Below, piece by piece: positions 17,040 to 27,464 of a stretch of 64,000 bases of DNA. The notes below the pieces were generated by a model, which saw only the letters and a list, made by a program, of their open reading frames with translations, did no database searches and was not told the origin of the DNA. The translations under genes were made by a program, and so were the position numbers. This stretch comes from Patescibacteria group bacterium (GTDB taxonomy: Bacteria > Patescibacteriota > Microgenomatia > UBA1400 > MFAQ01): NCBI GenBank assembly GCA_943355005.1, contig CALRDV010000005.1, positions 4,999 to 68,998 on the forward strand, in the 5' to 3' direction. How positions within the stretch are numbered: position 1 is the stretch's first letter; the number at the start of each line of letters is the position of its first letter.

Positions 17040-17928
17040 AAAGTTGACAGTCACCATCGGCATCCCTGCCTATTTTGAGGGATCAAATGTAATATCGATT
17101 GTTTCAAAAATTATGAGTCAAAATACTACCCACTTTGAACTTGCAAAGATTGTGGTAGTTTTAGATGGATACGAAGATGAGTTTTCCGAATACTTGTCGA
17201 TGTATCACAATGAAAAAGTAAAAATATTCAAAAATACTAACAGAAAAGGAAAGTCACACAGGCTCAATCAAATTTTTGAAACATCAGAAACCGACCTGGT
17301 AATAACGTTGGATACGGATATTGATTTTGCTAATGAAAATGTACTCGATAATTTAGTCATACCTTTTTTGAAAAATAGTTCGATAGGTATGGTGTCCGGC
17401 AAATCTTTCCCCACAACACCGAACTATTTTGTCGAAAAAGTCTCACTCTCTAGCATTCTTATTTGGGAAGAAATAAAATCCAGATCAAAAAATCCGGCTT
17501 TTACGGCGGAAGGAACAATTAGATGTTTTTGTAAAGCCCTTTACAAGCAATTAAGATTTCCGAACAAAAGTGCCGACGATATATACTCATACTTAGCCTG
17601 TACGCATCTTGGATTCAAATATTTCCATCAAAAAAAATCGATCGTAAATTATAAGACTCCAAAGTCTTGGGTAGACTTTTATCGAGGGCAAATAAGGTTC
17701 TTGTCATCACTAAGTATTCAGGAGGGCGAGTTTAATAATGAGTTTGTAAAAAATAATTTCTGTATCAAGAACTCAGACAGAATCGCGGCCCTATTAAAGG
17801 TTGGCAGGAAACTTCCCTTGCAAACAATTGTCTATATTTTTACCTGGATAATAGCAAAAATTACCATAATTATTTCCGGGCCGGTAACTACTTCAACTTG
17901 GAAAATTTTGCTCTCAACTAAGAAATAA
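17026..17928 (+). CDS. GT2 glycosyltransferase (paralog 1 of 3)
   Basis: TIGIPAY, DG, DTD motif, C-terminal TM and W..LLSTKK. Confidence 0.85.
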   Translation: MKTNKKLTVTIGIPAYFEGSNVISIVSKIMSQNTTHFELAKIVVVLDGYEDEFSEYLSMYHNEKVKIFKNTNRKGKSHRLNQIFETSETDLVITLDTDIDFANENVLDNLVIPFLKNSSIGMVSGKSFPTTPNYFVEKVSLSSILIWEEIKSRSKNPAFTAEGTIRCFCKALYKQLRFPNKSADDIYSYLACTHLGFKYFHQKKSIVNYKTPKSWVDFYRGQIRFLSSLSIQEGEFNNEFVKNNFCIKNSDRIAALLKVGRKLPLQTIVYIFTWIIAKITIIISGPVTTSTWKILLSTKK

Positions 17929-17930
17929 AT

Positions 17931-18845
17931 ATGAATAAACCAACTGTCACAATCTATGTTCCTGCCTACAATGAAGAGGCAAATATCTCCAACCTTATTA
18001 AATCATTATTAAAGCAAAGGCAGAGAAAATATCGGCTTAAGAACATAGTTGTAACATCTGATGCCAGCACGGATAGGACCGTTCAGTTAGCCAAACAATT
18101 TAAAGATAAAATAATTATAGTTCTAGACAATAAAACACGATTGGGAAAAAATCAACGAGTCAATGAGGTTATCAAGATGTCATCAAGCGATATATCTGTG
18201 ATAATTGATGCTGACACTGTTCCGGAAAGTGATTCGACCATAGAATTACTAATTGATCCCATTATAAAAAATTCTCGCGTTGTTTATACTTCAGGGCTTC
18301 CAGTTCCAATAAAATCAAATACTTTTATTGGTACTGCAATACAAATTGCTAGAGGTGTTTGGGACAAAATCCGTGACGAAATTAAGAATGGAGAAGGCAT
18401 ATATACCTGTCACGGACAGCTATACGCGTTGAGGACGGACTTTGCAAAAATGCACCCATACCCTAACGAGATGTGGACAGATTCTACTTTCTATTATTTT
18501 ACCTGTATTAAAAAGAATCGCTTATATAAGCCAGCGAAAAGAGCTCGAGTTCTCTTTAATACTCCATCTACCCTTAAAGATCATATTTCACAGATTGGAC
18601 GATACCAAAATCTTGATTCGATTTCAATTAAATATTTTGGAGACGAAATCAGGAAAGAATTATCTATACCAAAAAATCTTTTGTATAAATATAAATTAAA
18701 CGCCTTTCTCCATTATCCGGTTCACACCTTAACAATATTCATTATTAATATTTATGCAAAGACTGTTACAAAAGTCTTAAAAATAAATAAATCCGGAGCA
18801 TGGTTAACGCAATCCAGCACCAAACAATTAATAAAAAATGAATAA
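17931..18845 (+). CDS. GT2 glycosyltransferase (paralog 2 of 3)
   Basis: VPAYNEE, DASTDRT, DAD, TCHG, ends W..QSSTKQL. Confidence 0.88.
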   Translation: MNKPTVTIYVPAYNEEANISNLIKSLLKQRQRKYRLKNIVVTSDASTDRTVQLAKQFKDKIIIVLDNKTRLGKNQRVNEVIKMSSSDISVIIDADTVPESDSTIELLIDPIIKNSRVVYTSGLPVPIKSNTFIGTAIQIARGVWDKIRDEIKNGEGIYTCHGQLYALRTDFAKMHPYPNEMWTDSTFYYFTCIKKNRLYKPAKRARVLFNTPSTLKDHISQIGRYQNLDSISIKYFGDEIRKELSIPKNLLYKYKLNAFLHYPVHTLTIFIINIYAKTVTKVLKINKSGAWLTQSSTKQLIKNE

Positions 18846-19734
18846 ATTTCCTTCAGTTACTATTGGAATCCCTGCATACAATGAAGCTGAAAACATTGGC
18901 AGTTTAATTACGAGCATATTGAATCAAGATTTCCATAATTTTAACTTAGTTAAAATTATTATTTCCTCTGACAACAGTTCTGATGATACGGTTAAAATAT
19001 CAAAATCGTTCGACGAGAATATCATTGATGTATTTGATAATAAAACCCGAAAAGGTGTGGCCTTTCGGCAGAATCAAATCATACAGTCATCGAACACAGA
19101 TGTATTGATATTATTAAATGCTGATATAAAAATAAAGCAGAAAGATTTTCTGTGGAGGATGATAATGCCGATAGTATCTTCAGATGCAGACTTGACCTCA
19201 TGCAATCTGGCAGCTTTAGAGCCAAGGACGTTTATTGGAAAAATAATGGTATTTTCGTTCAGTTTAGGTAACAGAGTTTTTGTGGAAATGAGAGGTGGAC
19301 ATAACTTATATACGTGTCACGGAGCAGTCAGGGCTTTTTCGAAAAGATTTTATAAAGACTTAGAATTCGAAGAAAGTGTCGGTGAGGACGCATACTCATA
19401 CTTAGATTGTCTAGCTAAAGGTCTTACATACAGATATGTAGCCAATGCGACAGCTTTTATTCGCTGGCCGGAGAACGCCGAGGATCAATATCATCAGAGT
19501 CTCAGGTTCCATCAATCAAAAAAAATATTATCGAAAAAGTTTGGAGAAAAATTAGTACATAAGGAATATAAAATACCAAAGCAAAAGGTTCTAATTTCAG
19601 TGATAAAGTTTTATTTTTTCCATCCGGTGCACGCCCTAATATATACTCTATTTTATTTCTACACAAAGTTATCGTCACTCTTTAATAAGCATGATAATAC
19701 CTGGAAAGTTTCAATAAGCTCAAAGAAACTATGA
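18838..19734 (+). CDS. GT2 glycosyltransferase (paralog 3 of 3)
   Basis: IPAYNEA, DNSSDDT, NAD, TCHG, GED, ends W..SISSKKL. Confidence 0.88.
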   Translation: MNKFPSVTIGIPAYNEAENIGSLITSILNQDFHNFNLVKIIISSDNSSDDTVKISKSFDENIIDVFDNKTRKGVAFRQNQIIQSSNTDVLILLNADIKIKQKDFLWRMIMPIVSSDADLTSCNLAALEPRTFIGKIMVFSFSLGNRVFVEMRGGHNLYTCHGAVRAFSKRFYKDLEFEESVGEDAYSYLDCLAKGLTYRYVANATAFIRWPENAEDQYHQSLRFHQSKKILSKKFGEKLVHKEYKIPKQKVLISVIKFYFFHPVHALIYTLFYFYTKLSSLFNKHDNTWKVSISSKKL

Positions 19735-20537
19735 AAAAAACAGCCCAAATTATCAGGGGAATTATCTACTATCTATTCGGTGTTTTTGATGATTTCTTAA
19801 ACATAAAGGTTCCGGATATTGTAGTTATTTGTTATCACGGAATTGGCATAGATGATTGGCAATACAATATTAGCCTTGAAGAATTTAAAAAACAGGTTGA
19901 CGTGATTTTAAAACTACGAACTCCGATGTCCTTGTCTCAGTTGACCGAATACATACAAGGTAAAAGAAAAATAGAGAAACCGTCATTTGTTATTACGTTC
20001 GATGATGGCTACAAAAATGTACTTAATTGTCTCGAATATCTAAAAAATAAGGATATAAAACCAGGGGTATTTCTACTATCAAACGAGGACGGAGTTAATA
20101 GGTCTGAGATGGGAAATTCACTAGAGCTCTTAACATCAAAAGATGTTTCAAATTTAGTTTCAGCTGGTTGGGAAATTGGATCACATGGCGCAACACATCA
20201 GGATTTCTCTTGTCTGTCTACGGATGAAATTACTAAAGAGATTAAAGTTTCCAAAAGTGACCTTGAGAAAAACCTGGTAACAGAAGTTCAGTATATTGCT
20301 TATCCCAAAGGCAGATATACAAATTCCATACTCGATGAAGTCAAGCAAGCGGGATACAAATTAGGACTTACTATGGATGATAGTTTTATTTCTCGTCAAA
20401 CCAATCCACTGCTAGTTCCAAGAATAGGTGTGGACAAAAGCCATAAAATTTATGAATTTAAAGGGTCATTTTCTCCGACTGTAATCAAACTTAGACATCT
20501 ACTAAAAAAAATCAACATAAACAAGATATATGGCTAA
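19731..20537 (+). CDS. Polysaccharide deacetylase (CE4/NodB, IcaB-like)
   Basis: CYHGI, TFDDG, GSHGATH and AYPKG motifs. Confidence 0.9.
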   Translation: MKKTAQIIRGIIYYLFGVFDDFLNIKVPDIVVICYHGIGIDDWQYNISLEEFKKQVDVILKLRTPMSLSQLTEYIQGKRKIEKPSFVITFDDGYKNVLNCLEYLKNKDIKPGVFLLSNEDGVNRSEMGNSLELLTSKDVSNLVSAGWEIGSHGATHQDFSCLSTDEITKEIKVSKSDLEKNLVTEVQYIAYPKGRYTNSILDEVKQAGYKLGLTMDDSFISRQTNPLLVPRIGVDKSHKIYEFKGSFSPTVIKLRHLLKKININKIYG

Positions 20538-21708
20538 TAAAAAAATAGAAGTTATCAGTAAGTATTTCTCTCCTGCTAACGCCGGGATTGAAGTCAATAT
20601 TACCGAAACCTACAAAATCCTGGCTAAAAAGGGTTGGGATATCACAGTCCACACCTCGACCGACACCTTAACCGAATCAAACGTCCTCCCTTTAACGGAT
20701 CAAATTTTGGGGATGAATGTTAAGAGGTACAAATTTGCTAAATTAGGGTATTTCCCCAAACTTGACTGGGACAATACCGACTTAGTTTGTTTTCATAATT
20801 TCAATGTATTTTACTTTTTTATACTTGCTTATATAGGAATCAGAAAGGTCTTTGGAAAGAAAAATTTCGGAGTAGTCGTCACACCACATGGTGGCTTCAA
20901 TCCGGAATGGTCAATATACCCAAAGCTAATGGTTTTGATAAAGAAGTCTTATCACTTTACAATTGGAACCTTCCTTATAAATAACGTAGTAGATAGAGTT
21001 CGGGCTGTATCGGAATGGGAAAGAAACGAACTTATAAAGTGTAATGTTTCACCGAAAAAAGTAATAACTATCAGTAATGGACTGGAAGATGATGCATATA
21101 GGGATCTGGAATCTCTTGCCGGTAGCGACATAAAGAAAAAGGTTAAAGATCTCGGAAAATATTTAATCCAAGTAGGTAGAGTATATGTAATCAAAAACTA
21201 CGAGACAGTTATAAAGTCTCTCGTAGACATTCCGAATGATGTGAAGTTTGTTATTGCCGGCGGAGTGGAGGGAAACAATAGTTATTTGGAAAGTCTCAAG
21301 ACACTTTCAAGGGAATTAAAGGTAGAAGATCGGGTAGTATTCCTTGGGGTCATTAGAGGTGTTGATAAGTATTACTTGATAAAGAATGCACAAATGATGG
21401 TCCATATGGCAATTTGGGAAAGCTTTTGTAATGTTGTACACGAAGGCATGAGTCAAGGACTTGTATGTATAGTGGCAAACAATACTGCTCTTCCACTACT
21501 TATTAAAGATGGAGTTAATGGCTATTGTGTCGAAACAAAAGATAGTAAAACGCTTTCGGAAAAAATAAACTTTGTGCTAGAAAATCAAAAAAACAAAATA
21601 ATTGTGGACATGAAAGAAAGAAATAGAAAATTTGGACTTGAAGAATCTTGGACAAGCGTAGCTAATAAAATGGATAAGTTATATAAAAGTTTATTGAAAG
21701 CAATATGA
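20530..21708 (+). CDS. GT4 glycosyltransferase
   Basis: AGIE, TPHG, VGR...KN, ESFCNVVHEGM, DGVNG. Confidence 0.88.
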   Translation: MANKKIEVISKYFSPANAGIEVNITETYKILAKKGWDITVHTSTDTLTESNVLPLTDQILGMNVKRYKFAKLGYFPKLDWDNTDLVCFHNFNVFYFFILAYIGIRKVFGKKNFGVVVTPHGGFNPEWSIYPKLMVLIKKSYHFTIGTFLINNVVDRVRAVSEWERNELIKCNVSPKKVITISNGLEDDAYRDLESLAGSDIKKKVKDLGKYLIQVGRVYVIKNYETVIKSLVDIPNDVKFVIAGGVEGNNSYLESLKTLSRELKVEDRVVFLGVIRGVDKYYLIKNAQMMVHMAIWESFCNVVHEGMSQGLVCIVANNTALPLLIKDGVNGYCVETKDSKTLSEKINFVLENQKNKIIVDMKERNRKFGLEESWTSVANKMDKLYKSLLKAI

Positions 21709-22439
21709 TGATATTAAATAGCGTAAGAAAATTGTTTTTTCCAGAGCCATATATCGACAATGGTAATTCTCTAAAAAATAAGGTGGTGATAATTACTGGT
21801 GCAAGACGAGGAATCGGACTTGCCACTGCTCAACTGCTTAGAAAAAAGGGTGCTAAGCTTGCGCTAATTTCTAGAAAATTTGAAAGTAAAAAATTAGATG
21901 GAGTTCTATATATTGAAGCCGACATATCTATTGAAGAGGAGTGCCGGAATGCAATTAGTCTGTGTATTAAAAACTATGGGAAAATTGACTGTTTAATTAA
22001 CAACGCCGGAACCTTTATTGACAAGTCGCTGGATCAAACGACTTTGGAGGAATTTAAGAAAATTTTTGAAAATAATGTGTTCGGAATGTTTAATATGACC
22101 AGACTTATTGTTCCATTTATGAAAAAACAAAAAATGGGAACTATCATAAACATTGGTTCAAAAATAAGTCATAATTCCAATGTCACGCCGAATAAAGTTA
22201 CTTATGCCACTAGCAAATATGCTGTAGAAGGATTTTCTTTTTCCTTAAACAAAGAATTGAAAAAATTCGGCATCAGAGTTTGTTGTTTAATGCCGGGAAC
22301 AGTTTCGACATTTATATCTAGACTAAGTAAAGATTATTTATCACCCTTTGAAGTTGCAAATTTAATTAAAATTATTATCGAATCAGAAAATATTGACTTT
22401 GAAAGTATAGTTTTTAAGTCGGTAAGACAAAACATATAA
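21705..22439 (+). CDS. Short-chain dehydrogenase/reductase
   Basis: TGARRGIG, NNAG, YATSK. Confidence 0.92.
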   Translation: MMILNSVRKLFFPEPYIDNGNSLKNKVVIITGARRGIGLATAQLLRKKGAKLALISRKFESKKLDGVLYIEADISIEEECRNAISLCIKNYGKIDCLINNAGTFIDKSLDQTTLEEFKKIFENNVFGMFNMTRLIVPFMKKQKMGTIINIGSKISHNSNVTPNKVTYATSKYAVEGFSFSLNKELKKFGIRVCCLMPGTVSTFISRLSKDYLSPFEVANLIKIIIESENIDFESIVFKSVRQNI

Positions 22440-22444
22440 AGACT

Positions 22445-23950
22445 ATGAATTTCAAACTTCCAAAAATAGTAATTAATCCGGCTTTGGTAATCACTCTTTT
22501 ATTAGCTATATTGCTATTGTTCTTTACCGTTAAGGGAACCAAAAAAACATATTACGACCAAAGCTTGTACGACACCTCAATGGGAAGTCCTTTTGAGTCA
22601 TCTAATAACTCCTCAAGGTATGCTTTGACTGAGGCAATAACGAACAGACTTTCCTTCATATTAACTCCAGAAGAAGCAAAATTTTCTTCTCCAGATGTCG
22701 CAAAAAAGAACAATCGTTACTTTAGTCTTTTTATGCCTGGAGTATCGGTCTTAGGCGCACCCTTGTTTTATATTGGAAAATATTTGGGGTTTCCACAACT
22801 AACTACATATTTGTTAAACGGAATTATTTCGTTAGTGTGCTTACTCTTTATTGTAAAGATTTCAAGAAAAATAGGTGCAAATAAGAACTGGTCAATTATT
22901 AGCGGATTTCTATTTATATTTTCTTCAAATGTTTGGGCGTATTCTCTTGGCTATACTCAGCATTTGCTGACCACACTGTTGGTGTTAATAGGACTCAAAA
23001 TTATACAAAACAAAATTAACGTGTTAAACAATCTCTTTCTTGGAGTTGTCTTCGGAGCCGGCTTAATGGTCGATTTACCAAACGCAATAATTCTGCTACC
23101 TATCGTCATTTATCAGATTTTGCGCCATTTTGAGGTTACATATAAAACATTTAAGATAAATTGGAAATTATTACTTCTTGCTGTTGGGGTGGTTCCTTTT
23201 ATAGCTAGTTTTATTGGTTATAATATTTTGACCACAGGTTCTCCTTTATCTCCGGCACAATTTTTAGGGAGAACTAGCGACTTTTTTGTAACACAGGAAG
23301 AAATCAACATTTATGAGGCCTCTCGTACGGAACCCAAAACTGGCATTAGTCTACCGTTTAAATCTAGAAAGCAACTGCAAGGACTTTATATTTTAATTGT
23401 TTCGAATGAAAGAGGAATCTTGTATTATTCGCCAGTCTTGATATTGGGTTTATTTGGTTTTTATATATCTTCCAAAAATAGAGGAAGTCTTAGTTTCAAT
23501 CAAGTAACTCTGGGAATAATCGGATTAAATTTATTTGTTTACGCAATGTTTGGTGATCCCTGGGGTGGCTGGTCATTTGGACCTAGGTATATGATTCCGG
23601 CAACCGCCGTCATTATGATATATTTCCCATTCTTTTTTGAATCAAAGAAATATCGAGTTTTGAAATCAATTCTGATGGTTATCTTGGCCAGTTACAGTAT
23701 TTATCTCTCTTCCTTGGGGGCACTAACCACATCTATGGTCCCACCAAAACAAGAGGCAATCTACTTTACAAATCCAATCCCATACACCCCGCAACTGAAC
23801 AAAGAATTTATTGAAACTAAAACCAGTTCTCTTTTTTACAATCTTGTTTTAAACGACAAAATATCAACACTTGCCTACTCAAGAGTTATTCTATCGCTTT
23901 GTTTGATTTATTTATTTGGCATGACTATTTACGCAAACACCCATGATTAA
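22445..23950 (+). CDS. Polytopic membrane protein, probable GT-C-fold glycosyltransferase
   Basis: About 11 hydrophobic segments; ERGILYYSP and WGGWSFGPRY motifs. Confidence 0.6.
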   Translation: MNFKLPKIVINPALVITLLLAILLLFFTVKGTKKTYYDQSLYDTSMGSPFESSNNSSRYALTEAITNRLSFILTPEEAKFSSPDVAKKNNRYFSLFMPGVSVLGAPLFYIGKYLGFPQLTTYLLNGIISLVCLLFIVKISRKIGANKNWSIISGFLFIFSSNVWAYSLGYTQHLLTTLLVLIGLKIIQNKINVLNNLFLGVVFGAGLMVDLPNAIILLPIVIYQILRHFEVTYKTFKINWKLLLLAVGVVPFIASFIGYNILTTGSPLSPAQFLGRTSDFFVTQEEINIYEASRTEPKTGISLPFKSRKQLQGLYILIVSNERGILYYSPVLILGLFGFYISSKNRGSLSFNQVTLGIIGLNLFVYAMFGDPWGGWSFGPRYMIPATAVIMIYFPFFFESKKYRVLKSILMVILASYSIYLSSLGALTTSMVPPKQEAIYFTNPIPYTPQLNKEFIETKTSSLFYNLVLNDKISTLAYSRVILSLCLIYLFGMTIYANTHD

Positions 23951-25514
23951 ATTTATTCAAAACAAATCTGTTGTCTGGTATTTGGCGATAATCTTGTCAA
24001 TCGTTTCCATCTTTACCTTCAAGCTATATCTAGACAACGGTCTGGGTCTTTCCTACAACGACGCGCGTTCACACTTGGACATTGGTCGTCGTGTGGTAGA
24101 AGGTCTTAAGCCGGGCTTAGCTCAGCTCGGCTCAGTCTGGCTACCGCTAGACCACGTCCTCATGATTCCGTTAGTTTGGAATGACTGGGCTTGGCACAGT
24201 GGTTTTGCTGGGGCGTTTTGGAACATGCTTTCTTACGTCGGTATTGGAGTCCTAATTTACAAATATTTAGAGAAGTTAAAAGTTGGTATGGTCGGCAGAC
24301 TGTTCGGAGTATTTGTCTTTGCCAGCAATCTCAATATTTTGTATCTTCAGTCTACCGCCATGACAGAACCTCTTCTTTTGTTCACCATGCTGGCAGGCTG
24401 TTACTACCTCATGATTTGGATGACGGAGGATAGATTGCTGGATCTAATCAAAGCTTCTTTCTGGGTCATGATGTCCACACTGGTACGTTACGATGGCTGG
24501 TTCCTTTTGGCCGTAGTTGCTGGTCTGGTCGCGCTCAGAACTTGGTACAAAAAGGGTTACAAAACTGCCGAAGGTACCCTCATTTTATTCTGTACTGTCG
24601 CCGCTTTTGGTGTTGTATTGTGGTTTGGTTGGAATCTTTTGATTTTCAAAGACCCTCTCTACTTTGCCTTCGGTCCTTACTCCGCCCACGCCCAGCAAGA
24701 GCAAATGCTCGCTGCGGGCGCTTTACCTACCAAAGGCAACGCCGTGCTATCTCTACAGACATATTTGTACTCCATGATCTACAACTCTATTGCCACCGTT
24801 GCTTTCTTGGGTATCATTGCCACATTTGTGCTCTGGTTTGATAAAAAGCTTGATGGGGCAGCCCGTCTTGCCTCCTCGGCTCTCTGGGCACCCTTTGGTT
24901 TCAATATCATCGCCCTCATCTTCGGCTTCTCGGTTATTTTTATTCAAGGAATTTCCGGCAATACCTGGTTCAATGTCCGCTACGGCGTCATGCTCATGCC
25001 GACGCTTGCCATCTTTATTGGGTACTTTGTACATCGTTTCAAAGATTTTCGCTGGGTCATCATTGGACTATTTATGTTTGTTTCCTTCATAGCTTTTACC
25101 AGTAACGACTCTGTCAGTATCGACGATGCTCGTGTTGGAAGCAGTCAGAAAAATGTTTCCGAAGTATCAGGTTGGCTAGAGAAGAATGCCAAAGACAAGC
25201 CGGGTTTCATTATGATTTCTGCTGCCAGCCACGACGCTATTATTTTCTCCAGTAATCTGCCAATGAAGAAGTTTATTCACGAAGGTACTGGTGCATATTG
25301 GGAAAGTGCCGCTATTGCTCCGGACCGCTGGGCCAGATGGATCGTCATGAGAACCCACGATGTGAACGACTCTACCTTTAAGTTTGTCGGTGTCGCTCCG
25401 GGATTTACCAAGTATGATTTAGTAGACAGCTATCCTTTTGCTGATATTTATCAGCTGAGAGATGAATATCTGCCGGATCTAAACACCACCCCCGTCTATG
25501 GCCGTCAAAAATAA
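23943..25514 (+). CDS. ArnT/PMT-like GT-C glycosyltransferase
   Basis: YNDARSHL loop motif, MTEPL, RYDGW, NVRYG, multiple TM segments. Confidence 0.75.
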   Translation: MIKFIQNKSVVWYLAIILSIVSIFTFKLYLDNGLGLSYNDARSHLDIGRRVVEGLKPGLAQLGSVWLPLDHVLMIPLVWNDWAWHSGFAGAFWNMLSYVGIGVLIYKYLEKLKVGMVGRLFGVFVFASNLNILYLQSTAMTEPLLLFTMLAGCYYLMIWMTEDRLLDLIKASFWVMMSTLVRYDGWFLLAVVAGLVALRTWYKKGYKTAEGTLILFCTVAAFGVVLWFGWNLLIFKDPLYFAFGPYSAHAQQEQMLAAGALPTKGNAVLSLQTYLYSMIYNSIATVAFLGIIATFVLWFDKKLDGAARLASSALWAPFGFNIIALIFGFSVIFIQGISGNTWFNVRYGVMLMPTLAIFIGYFVHRFKDFRWVIIGLFMFVSFIAFTSNDSVSIDDARVGSSQKNVSEVSGWLEKNAKDKPGFIMISAASHDAIIFSSNLPMKKFIHEGTGAYWESAAIAPDRWARWIVMRTHDVNDSTFKFVGVAPGFTKYDLVDSYPFADIYQLRDEYLPDLNTTPVYGRQK

Positions 25515-26724
25515 AATCATCTTAGTCCTATTCATTTTTGCAATTTTAATCGTTGCTAGATTTTTTCAACTCTCCTTGGTTGGTGGTTCGGCTACCCCCA
25601 AACAATTTTGGTCTATCCGCTCCATCGATGTGATGAAATATAGCCGTGACTTGGCCAGGGAAAAATTAATGGATCCAAAGTTCGATGTCACCATCGAAAA
25701 TCAAATTAGCGCCATTGCTTCCACCGGCGCAAGTCATGTGGCTCTCGGAGTTCCTTACGATCATGAATTTTTACCCATTATGCGCCGCTGGGTCACTGCT
25801 ATCCGCCGGCACAATATGAAGGTATGGTTCCGTGGCAATCTCTCCGGTTGGGAAGGTTGGTTCGAATACAAAAAGATCGATCAAGAAACTCATACCGCTT
25901 GGATCAAAGACTTTATTCTCAAGAATCAAGATCTTTTTGAAGACGGCGATTTATTTTCCTCCTGTCCGGAGTGCGAGAATGGCGGAGAAGGGGACCCCCG
26001 CCAAACCGGCAAGGTCGAGCAGTATCGTCAGTTCTTAGTAAACGAAACAGACGCTGTCCGTTTTGCTATGCGCAAGATCGGTAGAGATATTCCGGAGAAC
26101 CTTCACTCCATGAACGGGGATGTAGCTAGATTAATCATGGACAAAGAAACCACCAAGAGATTGGGTGGAAATGTGGTCATCGATCATTATGTCGCCACTC
26201 CGGAAAAATTAATTTCCGATATCAGAGAAATGGCTCGGTCCTCAGGTGGCAATATTATTCTTGGCGAATTCGGTGCCCCCATTCCGGATATTCATGGCAA
26301 CATGGACGAAGCTCAGCAATCCAAGTGGGTCGAGTCTGCTCTCCGAGCCATGAGTCAGGAACCTCTGGTGGTCGGTGTCAATTACTGGACTAGCTTCGGA
26401 GGCAGTACCAAGCTCTGGAACGACGACGGAACAGCAAGGCAGGCTGTCGAGGGTGTCTCCAAATACTTCACCCCACCTCAAGCAGCCTCAAAGGTGGTTA
26501 CCTGGTTTGGCCTGCCTGTAGCCGACGCTCAGGTCTATCTGGGTACATATAGTAGTAGTACCTCAGCGGGTGGCTCATTTAGCCTCCCCAGTGTCTCTCA
26601 ATCGACCTTGGAAGTCTCCAAACCTGGCTTTGTAACCTACAAATTCCCCGTAACTTCGACCCAGAAGATTTATCTAGAGCCTACTTCTTTGTTTACCTTC
26701 CTCAAATTCTTCATTTTTTCGTAA
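25498..26724 (+). CDS. Membrane-anchored putative glycoside hydrolase (TIM-barrel-like) with C-terminal beta domain
   Basis: N-terminal TM; PECENG and ILGEFG resemble clan-A acid/base and nucleophile positions; VGVNYW. Confidence 0.55.
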   Translation: MAVKNKIILVLFIFAILIVARFFQLSLVGGSATPKQFWSIRSIDVMKYSRDLAREKLMDPKFDVTIENQISAIASTGASHVALGVPYDHEFLPIMRRWVTAIRRHNMKVWFRGNLSGWEGWFEYKKIDQETHTAWIKDFILKNQDLFEDGDLFSSCPECENGGEGDPRQTGKVEQYRQFLVNETDAVRFAMRKIGRDIPENLHSMNGDVARLIMDKETTKRLGGNVVIDHYVATPEKLISDIREMARSSGGNIILGEFGAPIPDIHGNMDEAQQSKWVESALRAMSQEPLVVGVNYWTSFGGSTKLWNDDGTARQAVEGVSKYFTPPQAASKVVTWFGLPVADAQVYLGTYSSSTSAGGSFSLPSVSQSTLEVSKPGFVTYKFPVTSTQKIYLEPTSLFTFLKFFIFS

Positions 26725-26747
26725 TAGGGTTATCCACATCCATAGTA

Positions 26748-26776
26748 TTGAATAATTGGCGGTAAAAGCGTAAAAT
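26748..26776 (+). promoter_or_regulatory. Putative sigma70 promoter
   Basis: TTGAAT-17 nt-TAAAAT upstream of 26796. Confidence 0.5.
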
Positions 26777-26795
26777 TGGCACATTCAATAATTGA

Positions 26796-27419
26796 ATGAC
26801 CAAAATGACCACAAAACAAATTGTTAGTATTGTTACCACCTTCGTTTTTACTGCGATAGTTTTAGTCAGTCCCATAACAGCCAAAGCCCAACTCTCTTAC
26901 CCCAATTTTCCCAGCTGTCTGAATCCGAGCGGCACTGTAAAGGTTATCAATGACTCAGGTTCTCACGGAGTTCCCGGAGATACTAGTAATTACACCGGCA
27001 AAGATATTGTTTATACAAATTCGGATGGCAATTACACCCAGTGTCTCTGTACTTCCAATGGAGATGGTATTCAGACCAATTGGTGGAAGACCGGCTCCAT
27101 TACCGAAGAAGAAACAAATACTCTAAAAGCTGACGGCTGGCTCTATATTCCCGATGGTAGTCTTTGGGGATTAGAGAAAGACTCCTACATGGCCAAGAAT
27201 TCCAAATATGCTTGTACTTCCAATACCGAATCCGGTGGTGGCTCTAGTAATAACAGTTCAAGTAATAGTTCTTCATCCAATGGTTCTGTCCAAGGCACTT
27301 CTACTACCCGCTTTGGTCAAGTCCTGGGACTAGCCACTACAGGAACACTTCCTGCTGTCATTGGCTATATTACTCTCGGCGCCATCGCTCTGATCATCTC
27401 CCGAAGATTAACTAAATAA
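26796..27419 (+). CDS. Secreted protein with LPXTG-like (LATTG) sorting signal
   Basis: Signal peptide, four-Cys domain, Ser/Asn-rich linker, GQVLGLATTG, TM helix, basic tail RRLTK; next to two sortase genes. Confidence 0.8.
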   Translation: MTKMTTKQIVSIVTTFVFTAIVLVSPITAKAQLSYPNFPSCLNPSGTVKVINDSGSHGVPGDTSNYTGKDIVYTNSDGNYTQCLCTSNGDGIQTNWWKTGSITEEETNTLKADGWLYIPDGSLWGLEKDSYMAKNSKYACTSNTESGGGSSNNSSSNSSSSNGSVQGTSTTRFGQVLGLATTGTLPAVIGYITLGAIALIISRRLTK

Positions 27420-27429
27420 TAAACACTTT

Positions 27430-27459
27430 GTCATTGCGAGTGTACTCACGTGGCAATCT
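27430..27459 (+). repeat. Type B element, intergenic
   Basis: GTCATTGCGAGTGTACTCACGTGGCAATCT, ending 5 nt before ATG 27465. Confidence 0.88.
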
Positions 27460-27464
27460 AGATT

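Noticed and set aside
24164-24185. GATTCCGTTAGTTTGGAATGAC as a reverse-orientation type A element
   Set aside because: The inner segment is shorter and unpaired, and it encodes ordinary-looking GT-C sequence (IPLVWND); most likely a chance match.
26730-26738. Perfect DnaA box TTATCCACA upstream of the sortase-substrate promoter
   Set aside because: A single 9-mer is near chance expectation in 64 kb, and there is no box cluster or dnaA context for an origin. A regulatory role cannot be excluded.
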